60,000 nt of DNA. Source: Malacoraja senta (lineage: Eukaryota). Shown here one piece after another: positions 49,807 through 60,000 of this stretch. The DNA lies in assembly GCA_038087875.1 (NCBI GenBank), contig CM075990.1, positions 12,526,001-12,586,000 of the forward strand. The letters run 5' to 3'. Numbering within the stretch: position 1 is the first letter of the stretch; each line of letters starts with the position of its first letter. Below the pieces are notes generated by a model that saw only the letters and a program-made list of their open reading frames with translations, had not been told where the DNA came from and did no database searches. Made by a program: the position numbers and the translations under genes.

Positions 49807-51876
49807 GTAATTATGATAAACATTATTCATATGTTGTCCAAAAGTCTGTAATATGCTCTTCCCATTTAGAAGTACATCAAAGATGCTACGTACCTTCATC
49901 ACAATGATAGACTTATTTATTCATAATGTGTACATGGAATCTTGCAATGATACAACACAGGCAGAGGTTTCAAATTAGTTCTCATTCTCAATGGTCTCTC
50001 CATGTAAATATTTGTCCATCATGCATTTGTCGAACTTCCTTGTGACTGTTATTGTTGAGTCTAGCTTGCCTGCACAATCCGTCAGCAGGTCCCACACCAC
50101 AACTTGCTCAGTGAAAAGAAAATCACTTCATCAGCCTATTTTGCCTGAAACAGTACCAAGGATTCGAGGATACGACTTGATGAAGAGCTAGAAATATATT
50201 CAGAAGGAAGTGAAAGTGTAAGGTAGTTGCAGAGTTTTGGAAATGGAGTTAATGAACGATGACTTCCATTTATCAGGTACCAGAAATACATTTGGATTTT
50301 CGTACCAGCTGTTCCAAGGTGTGAACAGAGTAGAAATGTTTTTGAGGTGGACTTCTTAGAGTTGGTAGCTCAAGAGGGTAATAAAACCTCAGTGGTACAA
50401 TTGAATGGCAGAACATCCCCAAGTGGCAGAGAGTTCATGTGTGGGAAAGAACTGCAGGTGCTGGTTTAAAGCGAAGGTAGACACAAAATGCTGGAGCAAT
50501 TCAGCGGGACAGGCAGCGTCTGGATAGAGTCTGAAGAAGGGTCTCGACCTACAAAGTCACCCATTCCTTCTATCCAGAGTTGCTGCCTGTCCCGCTGAGT
50601 TACTCCAGTATTTTGTGTCTGTCTTTGGCAGAGAGATCACCTCAGCTGGGACTTTACGAGAGCGTTTCAAATTGTGATCACATTGTGTTTCACTCAGACT
50701 TTACATGGTATAGTGGCACAGCTGGCCGAGTTTCTGCCTCACAGCCCGTAACCAGGGTTCAATCCTGACCTCTGCTGTTGTCTGTGTGGAGTTTGCTGGT
50801 TCTCCCTTTGAGTTTTGCCAGATGCTCTGGTTTCCTCTGACATCAATCCCAAAGATGCGTGGGTCGATAGATTAACTGGCCATTGATAGGAGTGCAGGGA
50901 CAAAGATTGCAGGGAAAGTTAGTGGGGGAATAGGATTGTTGGCATGGACCCATTAGTCTGTGTTGCCTCCAGTGCCCTGAGGTAATATACAATAAAATCA
51001 ACGGGGTATTACTCTTATAAACTTGTTCCAGTAAATTTACTCGGAGTCATTTAATTTTGAATGGTTGTTTTTGCAAATATTTCTGAGTTTGGGAACGGCT
51101 CCTGTGTTGTAATGAAATGGACGTGTATGAGTCTGCAATACACGTGGACGACAGTGGCTCATGAAGGCAGTAGGTAAGTAGAAACATAGAAAATAGGTGC
51201 AGGAGTAGGCCATTCAGCCCTTCGAGCCAGCACCGCCATTCAATATGATCATGGCCGATCATCCAAAATCAGTACCCCGTTCCTGCTTTCTCCCAATATC
51301 CCTTGATTCCGTTAGCCCTAAGAGCTATATCCAACTCTCTCTTGAATACATCCAGTGAATTGGCCTCCACTGCCTTCTGTGGCAGAGAATTCCACAGATT
51401 CACAACTCTCTGGATGAAAAGGTTTTTCCTCATCTCCATCCTAAATGGACTACCCCTTATTCTTAAAATAGATAAATGGACAGATAGATAGATGGAGAGG
51501 TAGGTAGATAGAGACGTAGGTAGGTAAATAGATGAGTAGACAGAAAGATGTGGACAGACTAACAGACAAGTAAAATAGATAGATAAGTAGCATAGATACA
51601 TTTTAAAAGGTGTGTGAATGGGTGATTGATGGTCAGCATGGACTCGATGGGCCAAAGGGCTTGTTTCCATGCTATATCTTTCAATCAATTCTATCAATCC
51701 ATCAAACAATAGGGTGCGTGCAAGAGGATGTTTTCCCTGGTTGAACCATCAGGAAACTATGATCACTATCTCAGGATAAGGGATGGGTCAAGTAGAATTG
51801 AACTAAGGATACATTTCCTTCACTCAGAGGCTGCAGAATCTTTGAAATTCTGTAACTAGTGCACTATGGAATCTCA

Positions 51877-52063
51877 AGGGCCTGTCCCACTTGGGCGTCA
51901 TTTGCGTGTCAGGCAGGTGGCGCGCAAAGATTTTGTGAATCTCATAATCCTGGGGCGTCACTGCCCACGTCACCACGCACCATGCACCACGTGCGCGTCA
52001 TCACACGTGCGTCGTGACGCGTAAATGATGTCGCGTAAATGACGCCCAAGTGGGACAGGCCCT
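51877..52063. mobile_element. Short MITE sharing TIR ends with 35612-36147
   Basis: Perfect 27-bp TIR AGGGCCTGTCCCACTTGGGCGTCATTT / AAATGACGCCCAAGTGGGACAGGCCCT; TCA/TAA flanks; CpG-rich interior. Confidence 0.85.
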
Positions 52064-52836
52064 TAAGTCATTACGTTCACTCAGGCGAATCAAAAGATAT
52101 GGCAACAGTGACAGAAAATAAGCCATGGTGTTGAATGGCAGCACATAGATATGCAGGGAATAGAAGGATTTGTATTATGTGCAGGCAGACATGAGCTGGT
52201 CTTGGAATCATGTTCGGCACAGACATTGTGGGCCGAAGGGCCTGATCCTATGCTGTACTGTTCCATGACAGAACAGGCACAAAAGGCCTGGTGACCCTTA
52301 TCTTAACTTCCACGTTCTTACCAACGTGATAATGACCATACCTGCTGTTCCAGCAATGTTTAATGAGGGATAAATACTGGCCATCTTTGTTTCCCTCTCA
52401 ACTGGCCCAACAAACCGTTCACTTCAAGGTTATAAATGCTGGCCTTGCTGACAACACCCTCATCCCACGAAGGAATGAATGTTCCTTCAAATGTCCATGA
52501 GCTGCAGGAGTCCGGATTTTTGATGCTTTTTGATTATGTTCCCACCATAACAAAAGCGGCGTTTTTTCACCTCCAACTATAAACCTACTTCTCGCCCAGA
52601 CCTCGTTTACAGTCTTCTCGTGTGTGCAGCTATTCGAAGATGGAGCTAATTTAGAGATGCAGAGGACTTTAGGATGGAAATGCCAGGGCAATCGGAAGAC
52701 GTGGGCACAAATGTGCCCCATCTAATATAAAAGTCCAATGAATGTGTTATAAAGCCATCCTTTCAACCAAATCTGAGGAGATTGCGTTCCTTATGATGAA
52801 GTGTGTGTGCTCAGAGTGTTGTCTCTGTCTTACCAG

Positions 52837-52939
52837 GATTCCGATTTGCTGATGATCACCATCTCGGATGAAAATGATAACAGACCCGTATTCACCCAAA
52901 CTTCCTACCAAGCTGAAATTACTGAGAATCCAGAAGCAG
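52837..52939 (+). CDS. CDH23: Cadherin-23 coding exon (~exon 45), 103 nt, phase 0/1
   Basis: ttaccag|GAT...GCA G|gtaagt. Translation DSDLLMITISDENDNRPVFTQTSYQAEITENPEA. Confidence 0.95.
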
Positions 52940-54366
52940 GTAAGTCTTTAGTTTTTTTTTAAACAGACTAAACTTTCAATATTCAACTCTTCTCACACGG
53001 CAACTTTGCCAAGCACCAACTTGCATCGTGTTGCACCTTAAGACCACCGGTGTAATGGGGGGAAAGGCGGCCACTTTGCAAGATTTTCATTGTCACCATG
53101 TTTACAGGACTCATGTCAGCAAGTTCATATGTCAGTTACGTGAACTCAGTGGGCCGAAGGGCATGTTTCCACCCTGTATCTCTAAAAACTCAAAAAATAC
53201 TAGTACAATGTTATTTGAGGTTTTAATATTGGCTACAGAATATTACAGATCATCCCAAGTACTACTTAACATGGCACCTCATCTGAAAGACTTCACCCAG
53301 CACTGCAGCCAAAGAACGTGTTGAAACATAGGAGACAATTGTTTTTTCCTTTAGTCTGCCTCCATCTATCATCTGCCTGCTTTGAACTCCTTATCCGCCC
53401 CCCTCGCTCTACCCTGCCTGACTCCTTCAGTCTGTTTTCATTCACCCCTCCGCGATGCATCAATCACCTCTGGCCCCTGCGTGACCACTCCCCCTATCCT
53501 CTGTACTAGCAATCTCCTCTCTCCGCTCTCAGTCCCAACGCAGGGTTTTGGCCTGAAGCATCGACAATTCTGTTACCCCCATAGATGTTGCTCGGCCAGC
53601 TGAGTTCCCCCAGCAATTTGTCTCCTGTATTAAAACATTGATTGATTCCTCAAATCAAGCCGTTTGTCACCACTGGTATCTTGGTATGATTTTGAAGAGC
53701 AGCAGAGTTCTCTCCAGTGCGAGTCTCCCAGCTGCATTAAAGTGTATGCACTCCCTCAGAGCTAAACATATAGTAGCCAAGCATTTTGACCCTCCACCCT
53801 CCTGACTGAGAGACAATAATGCTTCTCAAAAGGTTATGGGATCTTAAAATGTATGAAGGAACTGCAGATGCTTTGGTTTACACCAAAATGTTGCAGTAAC
53901 TCAGCGGGACAGGCAGCATCACTGGAGAGAAGTAATGGGCGACGTTTCAGGTCTGAAGAAGGTTCTCGACCCGAAACGTCACCCATTCCTTCTCTCCAGA
54001 GATGCCGCCTGTCCCGCTGACTACAGCATTTTGTGTCTATCTGTGGGATCATAATAGTTAGTTTAGTTTCTTGTCATATTGAATAATACTCTGCCCTTGT
54101 AAGGAAGCCAAGGAACCTGATAAATTTAAGCCAATGATCCTATTACAGTTCACCCTTTATCGGAGCTTTTTCTGGCAGGGCATTGCTTCATCATTTTCTT
54201 GCTTCCAACAGTGAATACCTGGTACAATTAATAACTGCTTTGGTTTCAGAAATTACACGTCTTTTGTTCCTCAAGAACATGGTTCGCGGATACTTTCATT
54301 ATTCGTGCAGAAGTCACGGAGTGAAGGAATTTGACTGAAACCAAGACCTCGTTGTCTACGTTGCAG

Positions 54367-54492
54367 GTGCACCAATCACCCTGATGAATGGGCCCATTCT
54401 AGCCTTCGACCGTGACGAAGGGCCAAACGCCGTGGTTAGTTACCAGCTGCTGGGGAACAGGTCCGACTTCTTCACTGTCGACAGGAACACAG
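54367..54492 (+). CDS. CDH23: Cadherin-23 coding exon (~exon 46), 126 nt, phase 1/1
   Basis: gttgcag|GT...ACA G|gtgagt. Translation (G)APITLMNGPILAFDRDEGPNAVVSYQLLGNRSDFFTVDRNT (recalled CDH23 NGPILA..AVV.YQLLG). Confidence 0.95.
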
Positions 54493-56242
54493 GTGAGTTA
54501 TGTCCCCTCAGTCCCACGGAATAGGAAAGCAAGGCTTGTGCTCGGTCCTTAATACATCCTCCAGAAAATGTCCTCAGATGTCAGATCCAAACTGATTTTC
54601 TAAGGCCCACTGATTGTTAAGCTGACAAATGTCGCTGCCATTTTACCAGCAGGGAGCAGCTAGACAAGAGGCCAATTAATCTCTCGCTGGCATTATTGAC
54701 TGGGGAAGGCCGAACAGTTCGATCTTGCATTTAATAAAATCGGAGAAATTCACAACACAGAGGGATCTCATAGAGTCCATGCCGACTGAAAAAGAACAGT
54801 ATAGGCCAATCCCACTTGCTCCAAAGAAGGGTCTTGTCCTAAAATGTCACCACTCTATGTTCTCCAGAGATGCTGCCTCTCCTGCTGAGTCACTCCAGCG
54901 CTTACAGCATCTCATGAGCTCCTCTTGGTTTGTTTCAACTGCAGAGAGTGTTTCTGCCTCCACCACCTCACCACTCCTTGGCTGATAATTTGTCCTCATC
55001 TACCCCTTCTCCCATGTATCTCAGGAGTACGCCCAATCCCTGGGCAAGAGAAGTGAATCCTCCCATTCACGCTGTCCGGGGCAGCACAGTGGCGCAGTGG
55101 TAGAGCTGCTGCCTTACAGTGCCAGAGACCCGGGTTCGATCCTGACTGGGGGTGCTGTCTCTACGGAGTTTGTACATTCTCCCTCTGACCACGTGAGGCT
55201 TTGTTTTGGGTCTCACACATGTCTGGATTAAATTCCACCCACCACCATTCCACACGTCCTCCAAGCTGATCTACTGTACATCCCACCTCACTGGACACCC
55301 TTCCTCACCAACTACGACACAACCAATTTTCATGTCATCTACAAACGTACACATCGTATGCCCGACATCTCATCCAAATAATTTATATATATATATGTTA
55401 CAAATAACAAATATCCCAGCATCCATTCCTGTGGTACGTCACTAGTTACAGAGTTCAAGCCAGGAAAACACTCAACTCCCACCCCCTCTCCCTTCGATCC
55501 TGAGCCATATGAGGATCCAGTTTGCTAATGTATCTCTGATCTCTGGTGCCTTGATCTTATGGACGAGCCTCCTATGTGGGATTGTGTTCCTCCACAGTCA
55601 GTAGAACTCCCTACCTATCGGCATCGTGGCTATATCTTCATGCAACTCGTGGATGCAGATCACCGTTACCTTCTTGATGACAGTTCGAGACAAGCAGTAA
55701 ATGTTGGTCCCGGCAATGATGCCCACATCTTATTGGAGAATAAGAAAAGAAATTGGAAGAATCAAATCTGTTTACAGAATTTAGAAATTGTCTAGCCAAA
55801 ATATTTATCTTATCGAGTCATACAGCGTGCAAACGCTGGCCCCCCTTTGGCCCAACTTGCCTGCACCAATCAACATTTCCTATCTATTTCCTATTTCCTA
55901 TCTATTTCCTATCTTCCTATTTTTTTCCTTCGTCCATAGATGCTGCCGCACCCGCTGAGTTTCTCCAGCAATTTTGTCTACCAACATTTCCTATCTACAC
56001 TAGTCCTACCTGCCTGCATTTGGCCCATGTCTCTCATAACCTGTCCTATCCATGTACCTGTCTAATTGTTTCTTAAAGGTTGCAATGGTCCCTGCCTTAA
56101 CTACCCCCTCTGGCAGCTCGTTCCATACACCAACTACCCTTAGAGTGAAAAAGTTACCCCTCGGGTTCCTGGTAAACCTCTTCCCCATCACCTTAAACCT
56201 ATATCTTCTGATTCTCGATCCCCCTACTCTGGGCAAGAGACT

Positions 56243-56728
56243 GTTCTTGGTTCTTGGTTTCTTGGTCCTCCAAAATATTCCAAATGGAATTTAAACTGGA
56301 GGTGGTGGAGGGATGACTTAAGCCAGAAAGGGTTTTTGGGAAGAAAGAGCTACCTTAAATTTAGTTGCATCTGGTTGGGTAACTATGGTAGGGTGAAGAT
56401 TATTCCATGCTTTAATTGTGCGGGGGAAGAATGAATTGCTGTACACATCTGTCTTGGTAGCTGGAATCTCAAATTGGATTGAATGTCCTCGTCTGCTCCT
56501 AATTGGTTTGGGTTTGGTGTAGGTCTTGTAATCTATGTTGAGCTGACCATTTAACATTTTGTAAAAACAGGTCAAACGGTGAGCTTCACGTCTGTCTTGG
56601 AGAGGGTTCCACCCCAGAGAATTCAGAAGTTTGGTAACACTCGCTTCTCTCTCATAGGTGTTAGTAACAAATCGAGCTGCCTGTCTTTGGACACGTTCGA
56701 TGGAAGAAATGTTTTTATTTGTGTATGA
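56243..56728 (-). mobile_element. CR1/L2-group LINE 3' fragment (Daphne/Crack-like, clade uncertain)
   Basis: IERVQRQAARFV..LGWNPLQDRR..YSNSFFPRTIKAWNNL; (CAAGAAC)n-type tail. It ends ~60 bp before the CDH23 acceptor at 56789. Confidence 0.7.
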
Positions 56729-56788
56729 TATTAGGTATTAAACTGCTCAGATTATTTTGATGACTCTCGTCCTTTCATTGTTTTTTAG

Positions 56789-56992
56789 GGATGGTTTCTA
56801 TGACACCAGGAAAGACAATTGACCGGGAGTCTTTGCCCAGTGCTCACCTGGAGTTCACCTTGATAGCAGAAGACATTGGCCTGCTGAGAAGTGAAGCTGA
56901 CCTTATAGTAACCATCCTGGACCAAAATGACAACGCACCAGTCTTCATCCCCACTGCACTGACAGTACATGTTCGGGAAAACAGTCCCTCAG
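56789..56992 (+). CDS. CDH23: Cadherin-23 coding exon (~exon 47), 204 nt, phase 1/1
   Basis: tttttag|GG...TCA G|gtgaga. Translation (G)MVSMTPGKTIDRESLPSAHLEFTLIAEDIGLLRSEADLIVTILDQNDNAPVFIPTALTVHVRENSPS. Confidence 0.95.
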
Positions 56993-57068
56993 GTGAGAAA
57001 AACTTATTGCCCTTCAATGTCAATGAATTGCTAATGGCCGTGCTGGACACTCAGCTAAGGTCAGATAC

Positions 57069-57375
57069 TCTGGAAGGCGACTCCGGACTGTCAAAGCTGC
57101 CACAGCCAGATATAAAAACAGTTTTTATCCACGTGTAGTTGCTCTACTCAACAGCCAAAATTCTATAGCCTCCCTTTGATCTGGTATTTTGTTGGTTCAC
57201 ATGCTTGATCAATGGTGTTTTATCATTAATGTTTTATTATTATTAATGTTTAGTGTTTTCTGAGTCATTCGTAACTCACTGTACGTCACGTTGTTACTTG
57301 TGGGCGGAGCACCAAGGCAAATTCCTTGTATGTGAATACTTGGCCAATAAACTTATTTACTTACTTATTTACTTA
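57069..57375 (+). mobile_element. Rex1/Babar 3' end, same family as 5625-6382
   Basis: CTCTGGAAGGCGACTCCGGACTGTCAAAGCTGCCACAGCCAGA...TTGGCCAATAAACTTATT is shared with the reverse complement of 5640-5920. Confidence 0.85.
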
Positions 57376-59144
57376 TACCATGGAACGAATGTGTTGGGAT
57401 TCTGAAAGTTTCCATGATTAGGTTTTAGGTTTAGGTCTAACATTGTCACATGAACTGAGGTAAAGTGAAAAGCTTTGTTATCCAAACTGATGAGGTATAC
57501 TCTCCATAGGCAGGGCAAAGGGGAAGATGCAGAGTATAGTTCTCAGCGTTATAGCGCATCAGTTCCAAAGACAAAGTCCAATGATCACAATGGGGTCGAG
57601 GTGAATCAGACAGTACCCCAGCTTATGGAACGACCATTCAGATAACAAGAGGAGAAGAAGCTGTCCCTGTATCTGGTGGTACGCACCTTCAAGCTTCTGT
57701 ACCAGGTATTTCTGCTATAAAGCTGCATCCTAAAAAACCTTGTGTTTTTTGAAATCTTGTTATAAAAAAAGTTGTGTCAATGGGGAAGAGGTTTCAGACT
57801 CAGAATAACAAAATAATTTTTCCTGCAGGATTAAAAAAAATTAAGATCTTTTTAATGGCCGTAAGTATATTTTGTAACTGCAACCTAAAAATGCTCATGG
57901 CTGTATGTTACGTTGTTGAATGGTGTTCATCAGTCACATTATATCCACTCGGGGAAACTACCTGTACTAAGTTGGAAACTATTAGAAGGACAAAGGGGAG
58001 GGCTCCATCTCCATCCTTGGGCTTGGATGTCAATGAGTGTTTTGTTGGCACAGCTCAAAGACTGTAGGTGAGGAAAGGTCTTCCCACTGTGGCTTTTCAC
58101 CCTCTTTTGATGAGAGGTCATTCACCTCTCCCCACCAGCACCAACTGACCTGTTTCCATTATTTTCTCCTAATATGTGGACTTTCTCTGGCACTGCTTTC
58201 CCTCCTCACGTCTCCTGCCGTTCATCTCATCTCGCCCTTGTGTTTGTTCAGCAGTTCCCGTGTTAACCCTTGTTGAGCACAGGGACTCTGAGTGACCCCA
58301 TGCCTAATGAATGCTCAACACCCCATGTCCTACTGAGAACTACGAGTCCCAATTCTAGTTGAGGGAAAAAAGTATATGAAACAGTTAACAAAAAAGTTCT
58401 CGGCCTCTTTAATGAATATTCCAGTTAGTCTTCTTTAGATGAGAACTCTTCATAATTGCATTTTTTTTAAAGTTGATGGCAAAGTTGCACTTTATGCCTG
58501 TTCAGATTTGTGTATGGCCGAAACTTCGTAAACTGTAACAATTCACGCTGGCACATTGAGAGCGTTGAGGTGCGTCAAGTTTAGTGCAAATAGGCATCGT
58601 TTCCCAGTGCGTCTACAGTGCACTGAAGTGCCATTAAACCTCTAAAAAGGTTGAAAAAAGCAATCAGCAACTGGCCTATATCCAAGATGGGCTGCACTAT
58701 ATCCAAAATGTGTAGGAAGGATCTGCAGATGCTGGTTTACACCGAAGATAGACAGAAAAAAAGCTGTTCAGGCAGCATCTCTGGAGAGAAGGAATAGGTG
58801 ACGTTTTGGATTGAGACCTTCTGACTCTGATTCAGAGACTTCATGAGTCTGATGAAGGGTCTCATCCTGAAAGGTCATCTCTTCCTTTTCTCCAGAGATG
58901 ATGTCTTTCCCGCTGAGTTACTCCAGCTTTTTGTGTCCCTGTTGAAACAACCTTGTGCAGACACTGTGAGTTAGCCTTTATCCATCTCAAGTGTGGAGCA
59001 TGGCGATTCTGTGTGTGCCGGTCCCAGAACAGCCAAGTCAGCGGATATTTTTAAGGCAGAGATAGACAAATTCTTGATTAGAACGGGTGTCAAGGGTTAT
59101 GGGGAGAAGGCAGGAAAATGGGATTAGGAGGCAGAGATCATCAG

Positions 59145-59527
59145 GTCAGGTCGGGGGGAGTTCCCCCCGCCACGGGTACCATGTAATCCCGTGCTACCTG
59201 CTCCATGGTCGGACAGTCGGCGACTAAACCGTCTCCCCACCTGGTTAGCCAGATGAGGAGGGGGCTGTGGACCCCCAGCAGGACCAAAAACAAGACCTGT
59301 CAAAGGGCGGATGAGCTTCTAGTGAGCCAACGGCCATCCACACTTCAGTAGAAGTTGTGATCACTGTCGTACATAAGGAATGTTGATAAAGCACACACAC
59401 CAAAATCCTATACTTCCAGCAGCGGAAGTCTGCAGGAACTGAAGGACAGAGATGTGTGGTGCGTTCCCGTTGGAAACCAGCACCACTGCGTCGCTAATGT
59501 TTTCAACGATGGTGAATGAATGAATGA
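59145..59527 (+). mobile_element. Unclassified ~380-bp non-coding retroposon-like repeat (intact copy)
   Basis: Colinear with the reverse complement of 44029-44199 + 40313-40506; microsatellite 3' tail; inserted in a CR1 3' end; no tRNA A/B box recognised. Confidence 0.7.
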
Positions 59528-59867
59528 AGGCAGAAATCAGCCATGATTGAATGGCAGAGTAGACTCGATGGGCCGAATGGCCTAATTCTACTCCTAGAGC
59601 TTGTGAAGAGGATCTGCTGTCATCCATTACAATCATTCCACTCTTTTAAATCTTTATTTTCACTGTGGACAGCTTGATTATAATCATGTATGGTAATTTC
59701 TGATTGAATACCACGCAAACAAAAGCTTTTCGCTGTACCTCGGTACACGTGACAATAACAAACTAAATTAAACTAAACTAGCCTGGCCTGAACGATACGT
59801 GATTGGCAGCATGTGGTAGAAATTCACAAATGAACCAACCCCTTTCTTGGAACACAACCAAAACAGC

Positions 59868-59992
59868 GAAGATAGACACAAAAAGCTGGAGTAACTCAGC
59901 GGGACAGGCAGCATCTCTGCAGAGAAGGAATCCTTCTCTCCGGAGATGCTGCCTGTCCTGCTGAGTTACTCCAGCTTTTTGTGTCTATCTTC
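59868..59992. repeat. Fold-back (inverted) pair of PLE pLTR fragments, near-perfect ~60-bp-arm hairpin
   Basis: GAAGATAGACACAAAAAGCTGGAGTAACTCAGCGGGACAGGCAGCATCTC..AGAGAAGGA is followed directly by its reverse complement. Confidence 0.9.
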
Positions 59993-60000
59993 GGTTTAAA

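Noticed and set aside
59150..59240. Possible HDV-like ribozyme at the 5' end of the unclassified repeat (CCATG/CATGG pairing, GACTAA)
   Set aside because: Could not build consistent P2, P3 and P1.1 pairings by hand; a covariance search is needed.

Overview
Eukaryotic, repeat-rich vertebrate DNA. It is probably from a cartilaginous fish (skate/ray), inferred from the elasmobranch-type V-SINEs with (TAAAC)n tails. The + strand carries nine consecutive in-frame coding exons of cadherin-23 (CDH23, hair-cell tip-link cadherin; equivalent to human exons ~39-47, EC15 end to EC20 start) between 24796 and 56992. All have AG/GT boundaries and compatible phases. The first ~24.8 kb is one large CDH23 intron. 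On its - strand is a 76-nt signal-peptide exon (10150-10075), which by position and structure is most likely exon 1 of the nested antisense gene VSIR (VISTA). There is also a slightly degenerate tRNA-Phe(GAA). Most of the rest is mobile DNA: three L1-clade LINEs, a Neptune-type Penelope-like element (PLE), many PLE terminal-repeat fragments with a minimal hammerhead-ribozyme core (often as fold-back pairs), an Ingi/Vingi-like LINE, Rex1/Babar, CR1 and L2-group fragments, V-SINEs, two related MITEs and a non-autonomous Helitron. The most unusual structures are an L1 flanked by a 235-bp direct duplication, a 111-bp piece of nearby DNA captured in inverted orientation between two opposed PLE repeats, and a 276/292-bp direct repeat around unique DNA. 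No database searches were run; comparisons with human genes are from recall and are flagged as such.
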